Virus record (IMG/VR): IMGVR_UViG_3300038306_000113
Coordinates: 1 to 40,668 of that record
DNA: 40,668 nucleotides
From: a virus
Reading direction: 5' to 3' (one strand)
Part shown: positions 15,801-21,379 of the stretch, in pieces
Numbering within the stretch: position 1 is the first letter of the stretch
Layout of the letters: every line of letters begins with the position of its first letter
Position numbers and translations under genes: made by a program
The notes under the pieces: model-generated
Told to the model about the DNA's origin: nothing
What the model saw: only the letters and a program-made list of their open reading frames with translations
Database searches by the model: none

Positions 15801-17052
15801 TTTGGATTACTCCCTCTTGGATGCCTTCCTCGAGCGAGCTGGCGAGGACCACACCGAGAGCCTTGCCGAGCGTCTTCTTGCCCCCCATCTTGCTCACGCG
15901 CCCAATAAACCGCCCGATGGGCAGAGCCTCTGTTAGTCCGATGGCCCCCCCGGCCAGGTACGCTGCGATGCGTTGGCCCTCTGCCCCGCCCCGTGGTGGG
16001 GCAAACGATCCATCCTCTCGAATGTGCCCGTGGTTCTTCTTAGCCCAAGCGTCTGCTTCTTCTTGGCTCCCAAAGGCTGGATAGTTCTCAAGGCCATGAT
16101 CCAGAGCTGTTTGCCAAGCACTGTTTGACCCTTCGACCTCCTCGATGCCGTCTACCATAGTAGGGAAGACAATGAACTTGCCGTCCACCTCGGCTGTTGC
16201 CAAGATGACATTGCTTTTCGATCCGTCCTCGTTGGCAACTAAAGGGTGGGAGGTAGGAAATCCACCCCATGCGGCCCCGTTTAGGCTCTGTACAGGCACC
16301 GAGGCCAGCATCGAGGATGCGTCATTATACATCTGCGTGGACCCCTGGCCCGCAAACACAGCGGCACCTGCGGCTGGTCCCCCAAGCAGAGTCGCCCCTA
16401 TAGCGGGGACTGTGGACGCGATTGCGCCGGGGACATCCGTACCCCAAAAGGTCCGGTCAGAGTACGCAAGCGCCTCCTCTGAGAGAGTCAGCTTGTCATC
16501 GATGAAGGCGGTCACTGCTTTCGCCGCATCCTGCGCTTTCACCCCCAGACCGAGCTTGCCGTAGATCCCGTCACCCAATGGTCCGGTGCGGGCGTCAATG
16601 CGACTGTGGATATCTTCCATCGACCCGGAGGCTTCAGCCTGTTGCTGCTGGTATTCCTCCTCGGTGATCTGCCCCGAAGCTCGCCGCGCCTCCCGAGCCT
16701 CCTCGCCCATATCATGGAGTCCCCCCAGAAGCCACCTGCCGAAGGAGTTCTGCGCGTCACCCACTGCGTTATATAAGGCACCAGGCATCTCGGGTATGCT
16801 CCGCAGGGCCTGACCCACGCCCTGCTTCCAGGTGCGCTCGCTTGCTGCGGAACTCCTCTCATCCTCGGTCCCCCACTGGATCGGCTCGAGTTCGACCCCC
16901 ATGTCCGCTGCGTTCTGAAAAACTGAGTCAGATGCAGCGCGTAACTCGGAAAGAGACATCTTCTCTCCAGACCCGAACAGGTCGGGATTAGACGCCACTA
17001 CGCCGTCGAGTTCGGCCTGAAGGTCTTCTAGGGACTGTGTATCTTGTGGCAT
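6856..17052 (-). CDS. Giant multidomain polyvalent (probably virion-internal, ejected) protein, 3398 aa
   Basis: A single uninterrupted ORF. It contains the HExxH zincin motif, an ART-like module (FKKWF...VVYHGT...IKSATGN), an HIRFNER...VLFIEEIQSDWHQ module, GGEGMKAAYDRRL, and a C-terminal region of about 1000 aa with hydrophobic segments. Confidence 0.85.
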   Translation of the reverse strand: MPQDTQSLEDLQAELDGVVASNPDLFGSGEKMSLSELRAASDSVFQNAADMGVELEPIQWGTEDERSSAASERTWKQGVGQALRSIPEMPGALYNAVGDAQNSFGRWLLGGLHDMGEEAREARRASGQITEEEYQQQQAEASGSMEDIHSRIDARTGPLGDGIYGKLGLGVKAQDAAKAVTAFIDDKLTLSEEALAYSDRTFWGTDVPGAIASTVPAIGATLLGGPAAGAAVFAGQGSTQMYNDASSMLASVPVQSLNGAAWGGFPTSHPLVANEDGSKSNVILATAEVDGKFIVFPTMVDGIEEVEGSNSAWQTALDHGLENYPAFGSQEEADAWAKKNHGHIREDGSFAPPRGGAEGQRIAAYLAGGAIGLTEALPIGRFIGRVSKMGGKKTLGKALGVVLASSLEEGIQEGVIQTPLEQIFSQHIIQYADKQSLGENFRDAAHAGLLGMTVGGLLSSAGVTVKVASDSRDPRAANRVLEGNEGDEATALFSEIDTRARAGEVTAETKRLMREAYRRATPEQIEDRLERIAHREAAAAEMGATNYAAQITAEFQEAAGILLENARANPDGLSEFHELSPVKADPAKAAEGRATLGSALEVPETKGEEALTPEQVAEGLKKKNNVPNAKVRVLTAESNAQEQDEDEPISRGEREVRDYLALLREVREDPSTVPDIALVDAGSPLTFDGVAAGGAIALDVNRVDDALRGTVMHELQHNSAPRGSEAFNRTVALAQQHFPALFQAKVDRYVADRTAENGGVNPFEGMPPGSETDAFLADEGFAKGAGDFHSLVDFTLRNPALVAAMSVTEARTLRDYVVAVLNKIPGFNLQTTAGKERRALVDRLVAMELQEGASPEEIMAFASAIADVMRSPTPAEFRKASEIVTVAEIVAPKKDGGQIEGEPTAGEVASMPRTAPDMFGETAEKEGTRGEIVEDGGAQGAMFQEDTGAKGQTSILDTQEEPAAPRKKTEAEKRAGKSKAAKERLAKKRTDVAASESSPFIHWARAVGGIADPGGDLSQFTNKEGGPEVRRGLPPGFPRLIGAKGLEPDALLRKMEEDGWIASEEQAQVDSNAVDVVRDFIERNPTRGGEASTRASEASRFEALGFSAEEAAAIAAEREESAKRGSEPYYDEGGQPMFSIAPADAERAELTEKLHREQSRGRKSERDAVRRGVEGTEKHKRRTEARRRLISDLEDQLAALPPYSKEWMDRRKVSRENAKKAKELRLRIAERERKDDEEYERMMAEPETPKRMASLARLAKRGLRNEGYTLERSKGGSAYYRHPDGRLARISTHAVPMTPQRADALESGGFTWAGGTGREFLITPFSTRGDVRDFLDPDIRFSVAPQEDTPQFKKWFKQSAVVDADGKPLVVYHGTSPGGFSEFNPESHFGTKQAAEDRMRMYLGRSAKRAGTAGSESFYPVYLSIQNPLDVTDKEASDVAQLHKLVKKLYPEEYSAAERANNLIMPVDFLKTKGFDGFRYVNAMEDKGSISWVAFSPTQIKSATGNRGTFDENNPDIRFSIAPQSQLGFYSNTEEALEQMVGRIGKGKAKTTRFFMDLSGGSADKKELMSRLLDAGANKEEMQWMLLEDWIDSYPETHIPIDEVRDFVRENAIVVGEKVLGGAADEDVLRKQWVDGVLESLYLSEEVEDHGGFVAYDENGELLHTYQGDLMVGESRGELTETLREYYEQVAESMYEQDLRAGLDPSMSEGEGPPKHGSYQLPGGENYRELLLTLPERIEMVEEAGKWVESRQNIYGDGRWYPVTATGSWSEIGYATKAESDASFGTKKLVPRSAPAYTEGHYGDTPNVLAHIRFNERTGPNGEKVLFIEEIQSDWHQEGAESGYKGTIDSYASLRKDVTDVASASPPMTTGAVSNEELGSAIDELQRDPLTESNPNAEAAWTLLWELTRASNTLDLNRFHDIADGSLELGAVPDAPFKTSWEKLAMRRAIRWAAENGFDQVAWTTGTQQIERYSTRLRQKVDSIEWRPYGEGDTILVNAIKDGSSTFAESFNLDGTVVEGSSSPGAEGKTLSEIVGKSMAAQIMATPSGKLEGDDLTIGGEGMKAAYDRRLVGIANKLGKQFGAKVGKVELMGVGTKQPTLSAPEVWERGGVWFVDDQHTGESGEFATEAEARAFVAEIGAPTQKTPDTQAVHSLPITEKMKGSVMQGQPMFSIAPKGRVPKLTEAAQKMAAGGTPTREQFRSLVDEYKPVRPYDHVPEPASNADMKRALGKKADKIGAGDAVAEGTRVGLRLDIPAYTRHGVWVPTIHVGKGAAKVIGYGSVASVTNAEFRMSEKAALKIAAGKSKDPFAMIRGDWLPRTPAETKALAEEALNDPSWIQVGMDPERHGYFYDRKTHELVEGADEVIQVGPLVLAKNPKMGDTSSARFSIAPEGRVDTVIHMNGEGAAFDKLVLDTKAKFPDADIRVNTGEPSTDLDAITPSEDSGEEGEWLTTDELQQNIEDSFFAVRKRARELSKDERLYYSDFSKAQMRSKGRVQHESKLVVDALVSEYVKITGDRITLDEASLFIEMTGSEERNETAYQRDLKEMSEKARPYQIWQAVKGGKPKHIASYTDEAARNAALKARREADPAAGDFAKEARDGWGHEVKPASGVPTSEARAFLREKLTGPDGKMYRKLRNWNRRVQREILDAKLRDGLISQELYDAIIGMGWKDYSSFRHAMKGKRSFSRAGGYGTKAMLGKRFRGRSSRPDNVIKNMIMDATKGLQDRHAAIVGREFLRMAEENPDPDVWAVVEGSLSSVKMATKAEIEEDSASNSGMVMREVWDARIERPDLAVPVMRDGKQFWVVMTPKHKRMAEAMNGPPGRAMGTSARRVVMITRFIGSLWTSRSVTFMLASNAPRDTTMGLTMLELDHGAAASAGVLRRQPAALMGFRDYQKGKKTAWSRRAERFLELGGQAGWFFGGDMDSIQAAIEGELKSKEYGKTRKAITKAFEFLEDWNEAVENGIRLATFSYLVEEAGMPEVEAIIYAKEMTVNFDMRGKWIRSIAPYYLFVSAAISGNRRIRQAALGESIANRELAGKMGKTFARRAVKRAAAGVVLAAIYDIMMWMTAGDDDDGNNAWDSEAEYRKDRNFYVPNPGGNPIPGWKLPYGLNVIPTFGRKIAEVVTGRKSVGKASAQMVDSLMGSFSPLGSVSISEGGDPLADVARILAPSILDIPVDILSNTRFTGSKIAPEPRAGDRTPGPAWQRAYSNTPDRYVALSKFLADIGGGTETRPSGPITEAFTPEAMRHAVDSFFGGTGKDVAGVWDGFMALMEGQLGDAGRAFPIIRAMMPADADKKTAWFTRRATTEIDYTLEDLKQRQEDGDEDEIAKFEVENRAVLDMESDLKELDKKLKANWRKMKTAKGEARRILEEDTLSLSRAFNKKARAAFDARGDK
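9877..9894 (-). other. Module-boundary motif 5: RFSIAP (aa 2387-2392)
   Basis: The reverse complement reads cgc ttc agc ata gct cca. Confidence 0.9.
10525..10542 (-). other. Module-boundary motif 4: MFSIAP (aa 2171-2176)
   Basis: The reverse complement reads atg ttc agc ata gct cca, preceded by QGQP as in motif 1. Confidence 0.9.
12484..12501 (-). other. Module-boundary motif 3: RFSIAP (aa 1518-1523)
   Basis: The reverse complement reads cgc ttc tct atc gcc ccg, preceded by NPDI. Confidence 0.9.
12502..13017 (-). other. ART-like (polyvalent-protein ADP-ribosyltransferase-fold) module, aa 1346-1517 of the giant protein
   Basis: QEDTPQFKKWFKQSAVVDADGKPLVVYHGTSPGGFSEFNP...FYPVYLSIQNPL...GFDGFRYVNAMEDKGSISWVAFSPTQIKSATGNRGTFD. 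Bracketed by two DIRFS[VI]APQ motifs. Confidence 0.5.
13018..13035 (-). other. Module-boundary motif 2: RFSVAP (aa 1340-1345)
   Basis: The reverse complement reads cgc ttc agc gta gct cca, preceded by DPDI. Confidence 0.9.
13627..13644 (-). other. Module-boundary motif 1: MFSIAP (aa 1137-1142)
   Basis: The reverse complement reads atg ttc tcc ata gct ccc. Confidence 0.9.
14902..14916 (-). other. HExxH zincin metallopeptidase motif (HELQH, aa 713-717 of the giant protein)
   Basis: The reverse complement reads gtt atg cac gag ctt cag cac aac = VMHELQHN. The context GGAIALDVNRVDDALRGTVMHELQHN resembles DUF4157-type zincins. Confidence 0.5.
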
Positions 17053-17054
17053 TG

Positions 17055-18362
17055 CTACTGCTTGGGCTTGGTGATCTGGTGCATTTGGGCGATTAGTTTT
17101 CGCGCCCCCTCTACGTCTCCTGCGGCAATCCTAGCCTGCGCCTCGTGGCGCATGGCGGGCAGGTCAACCTTGGGATCTCCCGTTCGATCCACAGGCGCAG
17201 CGGCCCCAACGGCATCAGTGCGAGCACTCCAATCTCTCGCGCTCTCAGACTTGCCCAGGAAGTCAGCCTCGGCCTTGATCCGCTCCTCGGCGGTCATGCT
17301 CTCAAGCCGAAGCCTCTCGTCACGCTCGCGCACTAGCCGCGCAGTCACGGGGTCAACCTGCTGAATCAACTCGGTGATCCTGTCCTGGCCTGCAAAGGGG
17401 TCGTAGTTCTCGCCCATGATGTTGCGGAACAACTCCTCCTTCTTCACGGCGGCGAGGATGTGCCCCTGCTGCATGTTGCGCCACTCCGAATAGGTCTTTT
17501 CGTCCCCCTCACCGTAGACGTTCACGGGCATGGGGGCGGCATTCCAAGCCTCGATGCTCTGCGCCACCATCCCCGCCACGCCCTGAAAGGCTCCCTCTCG
17601 AGCCACTCGGCGCTCGTAGCTGCCGATCACGTCCGAGATTCCCGCCTGAAACTGCACGGGGTCGCCCGCCTGCATCAGCGCGTCAAGCTGCGCCAACTCC
17701 TGCTCGGTCGCAAGGGGAACGCCGTTCTCGTCAGGGGCCATGAGGGCCGTCACCGAGTTCTGCATGTCCTGTAGGTCTTGCTGTTCACTCGCTACCTGAA
17801 TGCCCTTCTCGGCGTTGAAGAGGAGGTCTGAGACGCCAGCTATGTTCATGCCGGGCCGATACCCCTGCATCGCCTGCATCTTGATCTCGGCGTACTGCCT
17901 CTGCTCTTGGCTCATGGGCTCGCCTTCGCGGGGCTCCCACTGTTGGAACATCCCGGTAAGTCGCGTGTCAAACATTTGACGTGCTTGGGCGATCTCGTCC
18001 TGCTCCGCCTCGTCCGCAAGTCCCTGCGCGTACTCGCGGCCCTCTTGCACGATGGCGCGAGCGAGCTGCCGACCGGACTCTGTGCGCCTGTCGGCGTTTA
18101 GCTGAGACTCTGCCGACTGACGGGCAGAGAAATCCTGAGCCGCAGATTTCTGCCCTGCGGAAAAGTCCTGCTGTGCAATACGCTCCGAGGTGCTGAAGCC
18201 CCGCGCCTCGGCACGCACCTCCTCCTCGTACTCGCGCTTCTCTTTCTCGAGTTGCCGCTTGCGCTCAAACTCGATCTCGTCCTCGACGCCCTGGGAAAAC
18301 CCTGCGCCGAATCCGCCACCGAACTGCCCGCCCATACCTCCTGTTTGGATTTGGATTCCCAT
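17055..18362 (-). CDS. Hypothetical Q/E/A-rich protein (435 aa), possibly an internal virion protein
   Basis: A Gly-rich N-terminus (GGMGGQFGGGFGAGF), then charged helical sequence. SD GGGGAGG lies upstream. It sits directly upstream of the giant gene. Confidence 0.7.
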   Translation of the reverse strand: MGIQIQTGGMGGQFGGGFGAGFSQGVEDEIEFERKRQLEKEKREYEEEVRAEARGFSTSERIAQQDFSAGQKSAAQDFSARQSAESQLNADRRTESGRQLARAIVQEGREYAQGLADEAEQDEIAQARQMFDTRLTGMFQQWEPREGEPMSQEQRQYAEIKMQAMQGYRPGMNIAGVSDLLFNAEKGIQVASEQQDLQDMQNSVTALMAPDENGVPLATEQELAQLDALMQAGDPVQFQAGISDVIGSYERRVAREGAFQGVAGMVAQSIEAWNAAPMPVNVYGEGDEKTYSEWRNMQQGHILAAVKKEELFRNIMGENYDPFAGQDRITELIQQVDPVTARLVRERDERLRLESMTAEERIKAEADFLGKSESARDWSARTDAVGAAAPVDRTGDPKVDLPAMRHEAQARIAAGDVEGARKLIAQMHQITKPKQ

Positions 18363-18367
18363 GTTTA

Positions 18368-19177
18368 TTACCTCCCCACTAGGGAGTGTTCCTCTTTGGT
18401 TTTGCTTCCGACCTCGGACATCTCGATGCCGAGCATCCAGTAGTTCACGGTCTTGTGACCTCGGGACTCTTCAACAGCGTCAGGGTAGACCGACTCCACG
18501 TCTTGGGCCATTACGCCTCTGTAGCGGATATCTGTGTCGCCAAACCCTTCCTTGTAGTTGAACTCGTAGAGGGTCAAGCCTGTGCTTTCATCAACCCCAA
18601 CCGCTTCAATGTTCTCCTTGATCCGACGATCCGACAGAGCGAACGCGCCAAGCGCAGAGCCGAGCCCCTCCCCGAGTCCAGCCATCATGCCTGTTCCACC
18701 TTGGTATTGGGGGGTGACCTGCTGCGCCATACCGACTTTGTTCATTGCGTAGTCGGCAAGCGACTGAAAGCCCTGCTGCTTCTGCGCTGCGTACTGGCCT
18801 TCGATGTTGGACTGCATCAAGCCCAGGTTCTCGGCCAGAGAACTCAGAGAGTTGTTCGTTACGCTCTGCGTCTGAGCTGCCATGTTCGCGCCAACGCTGG
18901 TGTTGTAGAGCCCCTTGCCTACCAAGCCCTGCGTGTTGGCCGCGGTCGTGGCTTTCTGCTGGGCAAGGATCTGGTTCGTGGCCTGCTCCCCGTACTTGGC
19001 GGTCATCGCCTTTTGGGCCGCATACCCTGTATCGAGGGCCTGCATGCCTGACTGCATGTACCCTTGTCCCTTGGCGTGCTGCGTCCCGAGCATCCCCTTG
19101 AGCCACGCGGCGTTAGCCTCGTTCTTCTTCTGGGCCTCACCTTGCCCACCGTCTAGCATGTTCTTGAGAAATCCCAT
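18368..19177 (-). CDS. Structural protein with a C-terminal S74-type intramolecular chaperone (autoproteolytic) domain
   Basis: ...GAFAL-SDRRIKENIEAVGVDESTGLTLYEFNYK...YRGVMAQDVESVYPDAV...NYWMLG matches the SDxRxKxNI start and body of the endosialidase/tail-fibre chaperone domain. Confidence 0.6.
   Translation of the reverse strand: MGFLKNMLDGGQGEAQKKNEANAAWLKGMLGTQHAKGQGYMQSGMQALDTGYAAQKAMTAKYGEQATNQILAQQKATTAANTQGLVGKGLYNTSVGANMAAQTQSVTNNSLSSLAENLGLMQSNIEGQYAAQKQQGFQSLADYAMNKVGMAQQVTPQYQGGTGMMAGLGEGLGSALGAFALSDRRIKENIEAVGVDESTGLTLYEFNYKEGFGDTDIRYRGVMAQDVESVYPDAVEESRGHKTVNYWMLGIEMSEVGSKTKEEHSLVGR
18371..18634 (-). other. S74-like intramolecular chaperone domain (aa 182-269)
   Basis: Ser182 (tcg, 18632-18634) opens the SDRRIKENI motif. 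Confidence 0.55.
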
Positions 19178-19180
19178 TGT

Positions 19181-19402
19181 CTAAATCAATCCCGCAGCCT
19201 TGAGGGCCGCTTCTATGGCTGATAGCCGTGTTTCGTTTTGTTCTTGTTGGGCCTTAGATGCTAGACCTAATGTCTCGGTGTCCGTCTGAAGCTCAGATCG
19301 CTTCAGCGTAACTGCCGAGCGCCCAGCTCTACGGATGCGTGCAGGGTCTATGAGGCGGGCCTGGGCTCGCACCCCTCGGGCTTTAGACTTGTATCCGCTC
19401 AT
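19181..19402 (-). CDS. Hypothetical basic protein (73 aa)
   Basis: ATGA-coupled to the upstream 504-aa gene. Confidence 0.6.
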   Translation of the reverse strand: MSGYKSKARGVRAQARLIDPARIRRAGRSAVTLKRSELQTDTETLGLASKAQQEQNETRLSAIEAALKAAGLI

Positions 19403-20913
19403 CGCACTCTCCGCTGGCCCATTGTTGTCACATCGCCAGAGAGAGACTCTATGGCATACCGCTCATTCAGCTTTGTGTTGCGAAGTCGCAGCCACAGGAA
19501 CGCGCCCCGTTTACGAACAGGAAGTCTTGGGTTCTGCCCTGGCTTCAAACTCCCTTTCGCCACCACTTGCCCGAGGGTTGAGGGGTCATCCGAGACGTAG
19601 ACTTCGTAAGTACACCCAGACTGCTCGCGTGCAAGGAAGCCCTTCAGGCGGTTGAGCATTACCTCTACGTCTTCAGGGGAAGCAACTGGCCCGATAGTGA
19701 CATATGCGTCAATAGCGGTGCCATCATCGCCATTGGCGGCAGAGTCCACCTCGCGGAGGTATCCATCTTGGCACCCGTAGATCAGTCGCCGGTCGCCGGG
19801 AAGGTCGCCGTCTGCGCTCCAGATGGAGTACGGCATCAGTCCAGCCGCGCCAAGGTCATCCTCCCACCACGCATTCGTCTTTGAAGACCAGCGCCACGAT
19901 AGGGGGATATCCGTCTCATTCTCAGCGTAGGGGATTTGAGTGACTCCCAACTCTTGCCGTTCAAAGTCCCACGACAACTCGATGCGATACCGGCTCATGT
20001 CAAGGTCTTTTAGCCGGTTCTGGATGCTAACGTCTTGACCATCCCTCGAGTCCGATAGGTACTGCGGGGGTTGCCCTGGGGTCATGCGATACACGCCGCC
20101 CTTGGAGCCAAAGAAATAGATGACTCCCTCGGGGTCTTTGCACCACGACTTGCCAAAGGCCATCCCTGTCGAGTCGCTCATGCGGTCAAACGCGCCACCT
20201 TCCATCGGGTCGCCGGTCATGCGCCAGATGCTCTGGTCGCACCCGAAGATGAGGTAGTCATCGCTGTATGGGATCAGAGCGTTCACGATGTCAGGGCACA
20301 GTCCAGCGGGGGCGTTGTTTCCGAACACGGCCTGATCCGATGTGATCGTGGGTGGGAAGTAGTCGAAGTTGGTCGGCTGATCCACCGCGCTCATATACCA
20401 GTTTGTGGGCTGCTCCGCGGAGCGGGCCAAGACTAGGCGACCTCGGTACACCGCCGCGATAGCGCACTTCTCAGGAACCTCGCCAGATCCAGCGGCAGTG
20501 AACGGTGTAAGCTCGTTCGTCTTCGGGGAGTACACTATATACTTCAACCCGTCGCCCATGTACACCTTCTGACTGAGTAGCTCCATCCAGTAGTAGTTCG
20601 CGTCGGCATCCAGCTTTGCGTCGAGAGGACCGTCGAACCCCTCCCAATCTGAGGCCCCCTGCGCGTACAGCACGCCCCCCGACAAGGCGATAAGCCGCCG
20701 AAGGCGACCATGAGAGTCCGGGGCGCTGGACGTAGCTGCCAACCTCCACTTCGCTGCACTGTTGGCGTTCACTTCCACCTCCTCGTTGTTGAGGCTCTCT
20801 AAGGCTAGATACGCAAACTCTGGGCGCTTCACCTTTGAGGTCGGGAAGTCGCCGGTCGGGACCACAACACCCGAAGGAACCGCTGCGGCGTTGAAGAGGA
20901 GGAGGAGGGTCAT
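19399..20913 (-). CDS. Tail or virion structural protein (504 aa), function not assigned
   Basis: A long ORF in the late operon with repetitive aromatic/Gly beta-rich sequence, compatible with a propeller-like fold. Called by position only. Confidence 0.6.
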   Translation of the reverse strand: MTLLLLFNAAAVPSGVVVPTGDFPTSKVKRPEFAYLALESLNNEEVEVNANSAAKWRLAATSSAPDSHGRLRRLIALSGGVLYAQGASDWEGFDGPLDAKLDADANYYWMELLSQKVYMGDGLKYIVYSPKTNELTPFTAAGSGEVPEKCAIAAVYRGRLVLARSAEQPTNWYMSAVDQPTNFDYFPPTITSDQAVFGNNAPAGLCPDIVNALIPYSDDYLIFGCDQSIWRMTGDPMEGGAFDRMSDSTGMAFGKSWCKDPEGVIYFFGSKGGVYRMTPGQPPQYLSDSRDGQDVSIQNRLKDLDMSRYRIELSWDFERQELGVTQIPYAENETDIPLSWRWSSKTNAWWEDDLGAAGLMPYSIWSADGDLPGDRRLIYGCQDGYLREVDSAANGDDGTAIDAYVTIGPVASPEDVEVMLNRLKGFLAREQSGCTYEVYVSDDPSTLGQVVAKGSLKPGQNPRLPVRKRGAFLWLRLRNTKLNERYAIESLSGDVTTMGQRRVR

Positions 20914-20923
20914 TCAGGTAGAC

Positions 20924-21376
20924 CTAGTAAGCCAGAACGCGGTAGGCTGAGTCTGTAGACCAGATAATAGTGAGTGTGTCCACAGAGAGGCCCGTTAGGG
21001 TGAGTGTTTCGCCACTCTTTATTGTTCTCGCTGCGGACGTCGCAGAGCCGTCAGAGGACATTGTTACCGTGAAGGGGTCGCTTCCGTCTGCTGCCCCGTC
21101 ATTGATAATGGAGACGTACACCGCGTTCCTCCCTAGAGCCGCATTGATGTCCAGTGTAGCCGGGGAATCACCCGTGACAAAACTGGTGTCCTCAAAGACG
21201 GCCCAGATACCCGCGGTCCCATACTCCTGTACGGGGACGGGGTTCGCGGAGCTGACCAACGTGGCGAATCCGTCTGCCCCATAGGCCATCTTGACGTACT
21301 GGTATTGCTTAGAGCCAACATAGTCGGTGGCTACGACCTCGCCTGTTCCGGGGAGTATGATGTCATCGTCTGGCAT
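20924..21376 (-). CDS. Hypothetical virion protein (150 aa)
   Basis: ORF in the late operon with tight spacing to its neighbours. Confidence 0.65.
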   Translation of the reverse strand: MPDDDIILPGTGEVVATDYVGSKQYQYVKMAYGADGFATLVSSANPVPVQEYGTAGIWAVFEDTSFVTGDSPATLDINAALGRNAVYVSIINDGAADGSDPFTVTMSSDGSATSAARTIKSGETLTLTGLSVDTLTIIWSTDSAYRVLAY

Positions 21377-21379
21377 AAC

